From assembly GCF_004010195.1 (NCBI RefSeq), contig NC_057718.1:96316686-96380685 (forward strand): DNA of 64,000 nt. The letters run 5' to 3'. This document shows, piece by piece, positions 39,255 through 50,855 of this stretch; position 1 is the first letter of the stretch; the number at the start of each line of letters is the position of its first letter. The notes under the pieces were generated by a model. That model saw nothing but the letters and a program-made list of their open reading frames with translations. It made no database searches and was not told where the DNA came from. This stretch comes from Chiloscyllium plagiosum (lineage: Eukaryota). Made by a program: the position numbers and the translations under genes.

Positions 39255-39599
39255 GTATGGCAGCTTTACCAAAGAAATAAAGGTAAAGCTGCCATAACCT
39301 TACCCAACCACAGACTTGCTCTCATTAGACAGAGAGAGGACCGTTTGTGGCTTAATCTGAGGATCACCCTGCCTCAGGCCACTAGAGGGGTTCCCAAGAA
39401 ACGTTCTTCATGGCACCCTCAGCTGGGGTGGGAACTGAACCCACGCAGTTAGCACCACTCTGTATCACCAAGCAGCTGAGCAGCCAACTGAAACAGTTGG
39501 AAGTGTTGGTCGCTCATCAATATCTGACACAGGGACGTGAAAAATGGTCTTACATTCACAGCATACAAGATATAAGGGGAGAGATACAGGTGTGAGCCT

Positions 39600-40082
39600 T
39601 TTTTCCTTTACTTATTCACAGGATGGGGGCATCGCTGGCCAGGTCAGCATTTATTACCCATCCCTAATTGCCCAGAGGGCAGGTAAGAGTCAACCACATT
39701 GCTGTGGATCTGGAGTCATGCGTGGGCCAGACCAGGTAAGGATGGCAGTTTCCTTCTCTAAAGGGAACCAGATGGGTTTTTCCTGACAATCAATAATGGG
39801 TTCATAGTCATCAATACATTATTAATTCCAGATGTTTATTGAATTCAAATTCCACCATCTGCCATGGCAGGATTTGAACCCAGGTCCCCAGAACATTATC
39901 TGGATCTCTGAAAGGGAACCAGATGGGTTTTTCCTGACAATCAATAATGGGTTCATACATTATTAATTCCAGATGTTTATTGAATTCAAGTTCCACCATC
40001 TGCCATGGCAGGATTTGAACCCAGGTCCCCAGAACATTATCTGGATCTCTGGATTAACAGCCCAGCATTAAAACCATTGCGT
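39600..40082 (-). mobile_element. SINE (second family) with ~140-150 bp internal tandem duplication
   Basis: B-box-like GGTTCAAATCC on minus; ~39760-39910 repeated at ~39911-40050. Confidence 0.85.
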
Positions 40083-40821
40083 CCCCTCTATAGGCATAAA
40101 ATAGGTGTGAAGTCAACAGAGCCAGTCTGAGGCCTGAACCAAATTCAGATTTGAACCACACATAAATCCACTTGTGAACTGCATTCAGCTTCTCTACTAC
40201 ATCTCTGGGAGACCAGAATAATTTGCATTTCGTACGTTGAGCTAGTCAGAGGGTAAAGTTTGAAGAAAGTTTGGGGAGAGGCAATTCAAGGGCAAAATTG
40301 TCTTCAAGAATCATTGAGTAGGCAGTTGAATACCCAGCACAGCTAGGTGGTATAAGCAACAAGTATTGTCCACTGTTTTTAAGCTGCATTCACACTTCGC
40401 ATCCTACAATTGGTAGAGCACTTCAACACATCAGGAGAATAACACTAGTTCTAGACCAGACATCTTGAATAACTGAAAACTGCTGAAAACTCATATGGTA
40501 CCTGGCACGGCTTAACTAAACTAGATCTTGATGTAGAACTTAAATAAATTGCATCAATTTTAGATATTTTGTTTTAAAAATTGGCCTGTTCAGGTACGTT
40601 GTGACACATATCTGGCAGAGATCACCTGGATCACATAGCCCAGAGATAGGGACACTACCACTGTACCACAAGAGCTCTCTAACATCATATATGCTGAGAA
40701 AATAGAGAGTTTTGTTTTGAATTTCTCTGTCTTAATTCTGTAATTCCTCAATTAGATCTTTGGTCAAATACTAAGATTATAATTTTCTTTAATTATACCA
40801 GATTTCTTGCTTCCTACATAG

Positions 40822-40977
40822 TGTCATAGAGTCATAAAGATGTACAGCACGGAAATAGATCTTTTGGTCCAACTCGTCCATACCGACCAGATATCTTAAA
40901 CTTATCTAGTCCCATTTGCTAGCACTTGGCTCATATCCCTCTCAACCATTCCTATTCATCCACCCATCCAGATGCCT
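40822..40977 (-). mobile_element. CR1/HER1 3' tail
   Basis: GTCATAGAGTCATA..CCCATTTGCTAGCACTTGG. Confidence 0.85.
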
Positions 40978-41689
40978 CACATCTAGCATTTAACGACACT
41001 TATTAACCATTTATTGAAATTCACTGATAAATAACTAGGTTGGCATACTGAACTTCAAGGTAGTTCTATTCATTTTTGGTCAAGTTATTAATCTTTCATC
41101 TATAAAGGTGATTCAGTGTGAAACAAAACTGGATTCCTAGAGAACTGCAATGATGGGCTATTGAAGTAACATGCCTTTTAACAATCTGGGATATGGGATA
41201 TTCTCAATATTTATTTCTAACCTTTAAAATTCCAACATTTGACACACACACAAAGGAAATAAAGTTCCCCTCACCGGTGGAATGCAGTGTTTAGCAGGGG
41301 GTATGTCTGGTTCCAATCAATGCTCTGACCTCTTATACTTGATTGCCAGATCGCCATTGCTGACCATGCCATTTCTTAAAGTCCAGCTTGCTTAGGACAT
41401 TACCCTGACAAGGTTCCAAGCAAAATTGTGATCTGCTTATCCACATCCTTCCAATGCACCCCTGTGTGATCCACAGTGGGAGAATACCAGGTGCTGTTAA
41501 GGAATTCCATTGGTAATGAAAATTATTTTCCTTGTATGTACAATGAACTTAGAACACTAACAATATAAAAACTTTCAATCATCACACACACTGGGGTCAT
41601 TAAACAGGATGTTACTAATCATGGCAGTCTTCAGGTATAATGGACAATACCTGAGATATATCCTATTTAGAGAAATATTGAGATATTAA

Positions 41690-41735
41690 ATGGATGGATG
41701 GATGGATAGATGGACGGGTAGATCGGTAGATAGAT
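41690..41735. repeat. (GGAT/AGAT)n microsatellite
   Basis: Seen directly. Confidence 0.85.
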
Positions 41736-41932
41736 AATAGTAATTTTATTCTTACTTGCATTTGAAAATACAGTAAAATGCACACAGGTCACCACAAAAA
41801 CCAGTGCCATTCAATTAAAGAAGATATACTTTAAAAAAGAGGCAGAATTAAAACAAATATCATCTTTTGTGCATTTCACGGCTTCTTGGTTTTATGAACT
41901 GGTTACTGCTAAAGATTGGGTGCTGCCCAAGT

Positions 41933-42436
41933 CAAGGACTGGGGGGGGCTGTTGAAACTGCCAAGGACCAAGGGCCTGTTGAACTACTGAGAACCAGGGG
42001 CCTGTTGAAACTGCCGAGGACCAGGGGCCTGTCGAAACTGCCGAGGATGGGGGGGCCTGTTGAAACCGCCGAGGACCAGGGGCCTGTTCAAACTGTCGAG
42101 GACCAGGGACCTGTTGAAACTGTCATGAACTTGGGACTGTTGAAACTGTCGAGGACCAGGAGCCTGTTGAAATTGTCAAGGACCAGGGGCCTGTTCAAAC
42201 TGTTGAGGAGCAGGAGCCTGTTCAAACTGTCGAGGACCGGGATTGTGTCGAAACTGTTGAGGACGGAGGCCTGTTGAAACTTTTGAGGAAAAGGGGCCTA
42301 TCGAAACTGCTGAGGATGGGGGGGGCCTGTTGAAACTTCTGAGGATAGGGGGCCTGTTGAAACTACTGAGGACCAGGGCCTATCGAAATTGCTGAGGACC
42401 AGGGCCTGTTGAAACCGTCGAGGACCAGGGCCTGTC
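41933..42436. repeat. 27-bp minisatellite, about 18 copies
   Basis: Unit GAGGACCAGGGGCCTGTTGAAACTGYC. Confidence 0.95.
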
Positions 42437-43299
42437 ACTTTTGTCAATGTCTTTACAGACTATAGCACTCAGCAGCATGGCAGTTGCTGTAAATGCACAG
42501 CTAAATGGTTCAAACTGCTTTAAAGGGGAACATTTTGATCTCTTGGAGGAGAAAACTGCGATCATTTGCTCCTCTGCTCGAGTGGGAAATTGGTTGGGTC
42601 GATTATCTGCACATGCAGAACCTGCCCATTTTTTTAAAAAAATCTCTATTCCACAAATTGACAAGAAAACTGTGTATTTTATGTAGCGAGTTGGGGTTTG
42701 CCTCTATCCATTTACCATGCAAGCAATAGAGGTAAAAAAAACACTTCTGTTCCTTCATTAAGACCTTTTCCTCTGCTACTTTAAGACCATTTGATCTTAA
42801 CTGTGCCCTCTCAGTTCTCCAGCCTTCTAGCGTAATGTGACCCAGGAACTAACAAATGGCAATGACCTGCTTAAGCAAAGCCACACATTCCAGTTCACAT
42901 GGTAAACATTAAAAGTAGGCCATGTTTTACAAGCACAGCTATTTACTTAGTATTAGACATATGGAGTATCAGCTACAGCTTGTGATGATAATGCAAAATT
43001 AGCATGTGAAGAGCCCATTATAAGTTAAATTATCCTTCATAAAAAACATGCTTGACTATTCAAATAAAATCTTTACTCTAAAGTGTTCTGCATCTGAACG
43101 ACAAATGTCATGTCTTCATCTCATTCCAATTTTACTGACAGCTATAAACAATAGTTTGCTGTCAAATAACATTGAAGCTAATGGTGCTCATGTTATCTAT
43201 GAGCAAGCGATTCTGCAAGTTCAGACAGGGGGCAGGCACGCCAGATGGTTATTGTTCGAGTTACACTTCATGAAAACAGCATCATGCTATCTGCCTCAC

Positions 43300-43448
43300 C
43301 GTTGATATGCAGCGCATGACATGCATTTCTTCTCCTCGCATGTTCGGTGCAAAATAGCACTGTCATAATGCGTGTTCCGTCTTGCCCGTTTCAGTTTAAG
43401 TGCCACTTTAATGATGTGTTTAATTACTTGCAGTCTATCTCTCTGGCA
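43300..43448 (-). CDS. Candidate internal exon, unidentified
   Basis: ttttcag|..|gtgagg; open CQRDRLQVIKHIIKVALKLKRARRNTHYDSAILHRTCEEKKCMSCAAYQR; unique, CpG-retaining DNA; no recognised homology. Confidence 0.25.
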
Positions 43449-43787
43449 CTGAAAATCAATGCTCCAAATTTTGGATCCTCATGCCTTCAGGGATAAATTG
43501 TTGGAAATTTATAAAAGTGCAGATTTTTCTGAAGGTCAGCATTTTCTTTAATGTTTTGTCTTTATTTCTGTCCCATTAAATTTGCTTTTCCGTCTGTCTA
43601 TCTTCTAGCAATGTTTCTCCATATTTGATGTGGAGTTCACTCTTTTGAACCTGTAATTCATATGAACAAGGGCATTTTTCAACTAGAAGCTGGAGTAGGC
43701 TATTTGACCCCCTCAGACCTATTCTGGCATTTAATAAGATCATGGCTGATCTTATTGTAACCTCTACTTCACATTGTTACCTACCCC

Positions 43788-44188
43788 AACACCTTATATT
43801 TTGCCTGGGGAACCTACAGCCCAATAGCCTCAATATTGACTTCACCAGCTTCAAAATCCCTCCACCCCCAGCCTTAGTCCATGTCGAGCCCCACCGCTCC
43901 TCCTCGCCTCCCTCACCTGACCTAACCTGTCCATCTTCCTACTCACTCATCCACTCCACCCTTCCCAATGACCAATTTCAATAACCCCGTACCTGCATCC
44001 ACCTATCGCCATCCCACCTAAACTTCCCCCAGCACCACCCGCCTCCCTCGATTTACTTCTGGGCTCCGTTGTCCCCATCCTCAAACCCCCAGTCCCGATG
44101 AAGGGTTTTGGCCTGAAATGTTGACATTCCTGCTCCTCGAATGCTGTCTGAACTGCTGTGCTCGTTCAGCCTCACATCTATTGACTAT
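43788..44188 (+). mobile_element. Penelope-like 3' fragment
   Basis: QHLIFCLGNLQPNSLNIDFTSF (GIY-YIG end); degenerate hammerhead at ~44095. Confidence 0.8.
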
Positions 44189-44686
44189 GGTTTCAGAATT
44201 CACTCTGTCAAGTTCCCTGAGGAACATTTAAGCTTCAATGAGGTCACCTCTCCAATGGATAAAGCCAAAGTCATTCAACCTGTCCTTAGCCTCCCATCCC
44301 AGGTATTAGTTGAGTAAACCATCTCTGAATGGCTTGTGGTAAATTTTAATCCTTTCTTAAATAAGGAGACCAAAACTGTACACCATATTCCAGATATGGT
44401 CTCATAAACAAGCTGTAGCAATACACATTACTTTAATATTCCATCCCCTTTGTAGGAAGTAGCAATATTCCCTTTGTCTTTCTAATTAATTTCTGCACCT
44501 GCATTCTAACCTATTGTGATCCATGTACTAGGACACCCAGATTCCTCTGTACCTCAGAGTTCTGCTATTTTTCTCCACTGAGATGAGTGTTCCTTTAATA
44601 ACTCCCCCTACTAAAGTGGACGCGGTTGCATTTGCCTTCATCTGCCAATTTCTTGCCCCCATCATTTAACCTATTGAACAGAATTA

Positions 44687-44980
44687 GGGTGACATGGTGG
44701 CTCAGTGGTTAGCACTGCTGCCTCACAGCGCCAGGGACCTGGTTTCAATTCCTGCCTCAGGCAACTGTCTGTGTGGAGTTTGCACATTGCCTGCGTGGGT
44801 TTCCTCCAGGTGCTCTGGTTTCCTTCCACAGTCTAAAGATGAGCAGGTTAGGTGAATTGGCCATGCTAAATTGCCTGTAGTGTTAGGTGCATTAGTCAGG
44901 GGGATGGGTTGCCCTTTAGAGGGTGGGTGTGGACTTGTTGGGCTGAAGGGCCTGTTTCCACACTGTAGGGAATCTAATCA
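44687..44980 (+). mobile_element. HE1-like SINE
   Basis: Full head and tail, as in the other copies. Confidence 0.92.
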
Positions 44981-45074
44981 TATCATTTTGCAAACTCTTA
45001 ACTTTCTCTTCAAAACTTAATTTCCCACCTACCTTTACGTATTGACAAATTTGGCAATTAATCCAAGTCATTGA

Positions 45075-45372
45075 ATAGAATAGAATCCCTACAGTGTGGA
45101 AACAGGCCCTTCAGCCCATATTGACCCTCCAAAGAGTAACCCGCCCAGAACAATTCCTCTACATTTACCCCGACAAATGCACCTAACCTATACATCCTTG
45201 AACACTATGGGTAATTTAGCCTGGCCAAATCACCTAACCTGCACAGCATTGGATTGTGGGAGGAAACCCACGCAGACACAGGGAGAATGTGCAAACTCCA
45301 CACAGACAGTCGCCCAAGGCTGGAATTGGACCCAGGTGCTGTGAGGCAGCAGTGCTAACCACTGAGCCACCG
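45075..45372 (-). mobile_element. HE1-like SINE
   Basis: Full head and tail; inverted relative to 44687-44980. Confidence 0.92.
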
Positions 45373-46329
45373 TAATAATTCTAAATTATTAAGACCCCAG
45401 CAATGACCTCTGGAGCGCTCCACTTGTCATATTTTGTCACGCTCGGCTATACTGGAGGTACAAGAGATGGATTCACGGAGGGTTGCCTGAATTTCTGGTT
45501 ACAAAACAGAGTGGATGTTATGTGTCCCTGCTGAACTGATTTTTAGTGAGAGTTGCAAGTGAAGTAGGGCTGGTGCCCAACAGTTCGCCCATCCCTGATG
45601 ATATTGGGAGGCTAGGCATGTGCCAAAATTGGCAATCTACTGACAATATTTAAACAAACAGTTCAGGGTCAATTGAACTTAATAAGAGCTCAGTTGCTCC
45701 CAGTACTATGATGTAATGTGGACAGAAAGGTGGGAATGGGCAGACTGTGTTTTGTTAAAGTTTTATGGCAAGGAAGGGTTTCGACTGTCTTCTCAGGGAT
45801 GTCCTTTCAATGCTGTCTTCATTTCTCCTTGTCTAGACTTTAAAACTTACCCTTCCAACCTCCCTCGTCCCTTTTCCTGAGATGCCTCAGACCCCTTCCA
45901 CCTGGTGCCCCCAGCTTTCCCTGGGTCTGGTCTTCATGAATCAAAAAGCATGGTGCTGGAAAAGCACAACCAGTCAGGCAGCATCTGAGAAGCAGGAGAG
46001 TCGACATTTCCAGCATAAGCTCTTCATCAGGAATTCTTGCCAGAATAACCTGCAGTTCTGACCGTGGCCGCTATGAAACTCTCATTGTTGCCGAGACTGC
46101 AACTTGAGGATTGGCCAGTATCTCCCGAAGGCGTGACTCCCTTCCACTGAGCGGTGGCCAATTTACACTGTATCAAAGTAACCTTCTGCTAAAGCCACGA
46201 GGGTGACTTCCTATTGGCTGGTTGTCAACTTTCCTTTCATGTGGGGGAAGAGGGCAGGTGAGTGGGCAACATTCCAGAAGCCCTGGTTAAAAATCTGCCC
46301 AGAGATTCCACGCTAAAGATGGTCCCTCA

Positions 46330-46860
46330 AACTGGCAGAATGTGGAAAGTGGTATTGTGCTGGAATTGATGCTGCTAACTCTGTCATACACCATTAATGC
46401 GACCAACTTAGTCTTTGAATTGGAAGTACAGATTGAACATTTGTGGTTGATGCCAAGTCAGGGGATTATGTCAAAACACATGAAGGAGAGTGACAGAATG
46501 CAGGAAGGCGCTAAGAACCTTGCAGAATGGACATTGATTTCGCAAAGGAGTTCTGATACAGGTAAAGGTGAGTTGGGAATTTTGTTCGGAAGGATAAGAG
46601 GCCAAGTGCTCTTTGGAAGGATTGGCCATTTCAGCCATTAGCTGAAGATACCTTCCCTGAAATGGATCATTTGCTGTAAATCCATTAATCTTCATGGAGA
46701 GAAAGATGCCAGAACTCAACAACATCACTCCTTGGAGATTAATATTGAAATGGGATCTAGGAGCAAAGTGATCCGAGGGGTGCTGATCCATAAACTACTA
46801 AAGGTATTGGCTGCTGGTTAGGAAAGCCACAAGTTATAAGGGATGTAGAGACAATGGAGC
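46330..46860 (+). mobile_element. Possible ancient CR1 ORF1 remnant
   Basis: VFELEVQIEHL..EWTLI and SKVIRGAD weakly echo the CR1 ORF1 at 54340-55063. Confidence 0.35.
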
Positions 46861-46931
46861 GCAACATGATTCACGAGAATAATTCCAGATCAGAGACCAT
46901 ATGCCTTTTGGGAAAAGTTGAATGGAGTGGG

Positions 46932-47575
46932 GTTCCTTTTATTTATTTGTGGGATGTGGGTGTTGCTGGCTGGGCCAGCATTTATTGCCCGTCCCCAGTT
47001 GCCCCTTGAGAAGGTGGTGGTGAACTGTCTTATTGAACCGCTACAGTCCACCTGCTGTGGGTTGACCCATAATACTATTAGGGAGGGATTTCCAAGATTT
47101 TGAACCAGCAACAGTGAAAGATATATTTCGAAGTCAGGATGGTGATTGGCTTGGAGGGGAACTAGCTGCCCTTGTCCTTCTGGATGGAAGTGGTCATGAA
47201 TTTGAAAGGTGCTGTCTGAAGATCTTTGGTGAATTTCTGCAGGGTATCTTGTAAATAGTACACACTTCAGTGACTGAGCATCGGCAGTAGATGTAGTGCC
47301 AAACAAGTGGGCTACTTTGTCCTGAATGGTGTCAAGTTTCTTAAGTATTGTTGGAGCTGCACCCATCTAGGCAAGTGGGGAGTATTCCATCGCACTCCTG
47401 ACTTGTGCCTTGTCGATGATCTTGTAGCCACCGTGTCTATGTCCAGTTGAGCTTCTGGTCAATGATAACCTCCAGGTTGATAGTGATGGTAATACCATTG
47501 AATGTCAAGGGGCAATAGTTCAATTGTTTCTCATTGGAGATGGCTTAACATTTGTGTGGCATGAATGTTTCTTGT
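46932..47575 (-). mobile_element. CR1/L2-group LINE 3' fragment (distinct family)
   Basis: ORF MGAAPTILKKLDTIQDKVAHLFG; 3' tail GGGCAATAAATGCTGGCC..CCCACATCCC. Confidence 0.85.
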
Positions 47576-47719
47576 TTCTTAACTTTAGGAAAGGGACAAT
47601 TAAGAGTCAGTGTCATCAGGATTGTGAGAGAGGTTGATAGAGAAGATGACTTCACTTGCATGAAGTTGGGCGAAACAAGTGGCGGCTGTCAGTGTGAGGA
47701 CAGCACTTCATTTTGGTAC

Positions 47720-47935
47720 CTCGGCGCTGGGAAAGGGTGCTAAGGCTTGGAATGGCTTTTGACTATTTTCTAAAGTTGTGATGATTTTTACTTCCCCTGC
47801 ATGGCTTCTTCCGCCAGTTGTTCATTTCACTGTACGTTTCGTTTATCTTCAATTTGCTCCTAGCCTGAGTGCACTTCATGCATGTGTCCAAACCTGCACA
47901 ACCCCTAGGACACGCCATGCCATTTTGCTGAGGTG
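47720..47935 (-). mobile_element. Possible degenerate Harbinger Myb/SANT-like ORF fragment
   Basis: Across frames KMAWRVL / QARSKLKIN / TTGGR..EVKIITTLE resembles the 'K..HN..ER..TGGG....LT.LE' motif. Confidence 0.3.
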
Positions 47936-48384
47936 ATGACAGCAGATACAGAAACAATGCAAATAATGGAAAAGAACTCGACAGGGTAGGTCCCCTTTGA
48001 CATATGCTTATGCACAATGGATTAGCTTTCAGAGATTACTCACTTTGGGCAAGTTCAACCTGTTGTTACCAATTCCATAATAAATTGCACCTATACCCTT
48101 CCCAATTAAGTGATAGTTGTCAGTTTGTTTGTCCAGAGAGCTAATCACAATTGATCCTATTCCCCAGCTGTGTCTTCATATCGACATTGAGGGCTGATGA
48201 ATATTGATGAGAAACAAGAGTAATTGTTGCGTTTCCCTTCTCCAACCACGTTCAACTAAAGCTATTGAACTTCTCCAGTAGGTTCAGCATAGATCAGGCG
48301 GGAAGTGAAGCTGACACATTTCTATAGGCACAGCTTAGCTGATTTTCTTTGCCAGCTTGGCTTTACCCTATTGCGTCCAATGTA

Positions 48385-48875
48385 GATCTTGTTGTGGAGG
48401 TGATGGTTTTGGGCTGGGTTGGACAGGTCAAAAATCACACAACACCAGGTTATGGTCCAACAGGTTTACTTGAAAACACAAGCTTTCGGAGCGCTGCTCT
48501 TTCATCAGGTGCTGGTGAGAGAGGGAGACCTTAGTCACAGAATGTATAAGTAAAAGATCAAAGGGTTATGCAACTGATGCAAATGAACTGAATATACCTT
48601 AGATGGTTGTTAAATCTTTAGTCAAATTAGAATGGAGGTGCAGGTTTCGATTGATTAATAAGCAAATCCAAGAATTTCTTTCAAGTCACTGCCCCGAGAT
48701 ACCTTAAGGTTTTATCAGTACAAAAGAGGCGACACCTCAGGTCAGACAATGCATTTAGGTGTGAGGTCTTGTTTAGAGTCTGTCTGTGTCTTACCCTGGA
48801 GTCAGACTGGTTTTATTTCCAAAGCAGGATGTATAAAATGCCACATTGACTGGTTGTCTACAAGTTGTGTGCAGA
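48385..48875 (-). mobile_element. Penelope-like terminal-repeat fragment (family of 5478-5905)
   Basis: AAATCACACAACACCAGGTTAT; hammerhead-like CTGATGA..GAAAGCTT at ~48480-48508. Confidence 0.8.
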
Positions 48876-50855
48876 GTTGGTATCCCTCTTGCTTGAAGGT
48901 GTGTCATAACGTGCCTGACTAGGTTGATTTTAAAATGCTTTTGTTTGAAGCGTTTACTTACTGAGACACCCAAGTGCACTTATATATGTCAGCATTCCTC
49001 AACAGAGCATGAGCACCAACCATAAAGTCTCTCCACCTTCTTCACAGTTATTACTTTGGTGCATAGCTTTATAGATAGCACGAATGACACCCAATTTCCA
49101 ATGATATCTCAAGTACCTTTCCTTGACCATTCACCATTTCATGTTGCCAGCGAGAGACCTTTGGCAACTTTCCACTAAAACGGCAAACTGATGTTCCACT
49201 TCAGGCACATGGACATTTCAAAACAGAAAGGGGCTCTGGAGAAATTGGGAGCGGCTTGCTCCCACCAGACTGACAGGCTAAATATTCGGAAATACAGATA
49301 CAAAGTGTTCTTCACTGTTCAATTGTGGAAAAACTAACTTCAGATGACCAAAGTATCTGTTTTTGGCAAGTACACAGTTTTAACACTTTTCAGCCCTTTG
49401 TTGTATTAGATTCTGTAGTTCCTTACATATGTCCTTCTTGAAATAAATGGCTGTTGTCTTAAGATATGCCAAGAGTAATTGCTGGCTTTTTCAATTCATA
49501 GTTACTCTGCATTTAAATGTGAAAGTCTATCTCACAATATGAGTTCACATCCCCAAATGGTTAGAAACTAAATTATTAATGTGCAGTTTAAATTATTCCA
49601 ATGCTCAAGATTACTGTAAGAAATATGTATATATAATGAATACAATCCCGCTTAAAGGTCATGAAGATGTTTTGGCTTGAGAATCTTCATACCACATTGT
49701 TGATAATGTCAGCACAATTCATCCTGCTGTCAATGCTTTCAAGCCAAAAGAAAAGCAACCAAAATTATTTTTAAAAATTATTTATTTGCTATATAAAGGT
49801 GTTTTTTTTTGGAAATAGTTGCCCCTTGGGTGACTATTGGGGAAATAAGGCACTGTGGGAGACAGATGATTCCCAGTCTGTAAAGTAGCCTGCAGTTGGG
49901 GTGAAGTTGCAATACGTCAGAAACATTTCAGGCTGTCACGACGCATGAACAATGTCATGAATCCATCCCTTTACTTACAAGTTGTAATTTTTTAAGGTAG
50001 ACCGTAATGATATAGAGAAGTTGCTTTTACCCCTATTGACTGGGTTTTTGAAAACTCAGCAGAAGCAGATAGGATAATCTTAATTCCAAGTGGCATTTTG
50101 TGATCAACCTGTCTGGGATTCATGGTGACACACCTCTGGGTCATCACATCCTGAGGTCACTGACCTTCTGGCCCAGAGGTGGGGACATTACCATTACACC
50201 ACAAAACTCCCCCAGAATGTATTGTTTGTACATTTCTGAATCCAGTTGTTAGTTGATAGTACAACGCAATGCCGTATAAAAATGAAACTATATCTAAACC
50301 AACATATTACAGAAATACTGTCTATTCCAAGATAATGTGACAGTTTTGTTCCCTTGCGATCCCACGTTATAAGAAAATCGGGTAACAGCAGCACCACTTA
50401 AACCAATGGGGCCAAAACCACATTATAGCCAACACATTCATGTTCTACAAGTAATGGGCTAATTCTTCATTTGCTTTATAGCCAATTCGCAGTGAAGAAA
50501 TGTGCCTTACAGCAGAACTGACTTAGGTTAAAGAAAAACTGAGACTGTTGGTAAACACAAGTGAAATTAGAGACTGCTGAGAATTTTCAAGACATCACAT
50601 GGAATATTTCTATGGTGACCAGTTTGATTTTATGCATCTGTGCTTCAAAGATTAGTAGCTCTTGAGGTTGCAATGACCATCAATGTTAAATTTATTATGA
50701 AGAAGGGTCACTGGATCTGAAATGTTAACTCTGTTTTCTCTCTACATGTGCTACCAGATGTGCTGAGTTTCTCCAGCAATTTTTGTTTCCATTTTGGATT
50801 TCTACCATCTTTGTTTCGTTTTATGGAAATTTGCTGTTAGTAACTTTTGAAAGTT

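Larger units (their letters stand above)
43680..45430 (-). mobile_element. Old CR1 fragment carrying three nested insertions
   Basis: CR1 pieces at ~43680-43775, 44190-44675, 44980-45075 and 45373-45430 (GGAGACCAAAACTGTACAC, GGACACCCAGATTCCTCTG). Confidence 0.65.

Noticed and set aside
41867..42277. 136-aa repetitive ORF and CRISPR-like periodicity
   Set aside because: Translation of a 27-bp minisatellite; no unique spacers and no cas genes.
44687..44760. tRNA-like A/B boxes here and in other SINE heads
   Set aside because: SINE heads, not tRNA genes; they continue into SINE body.
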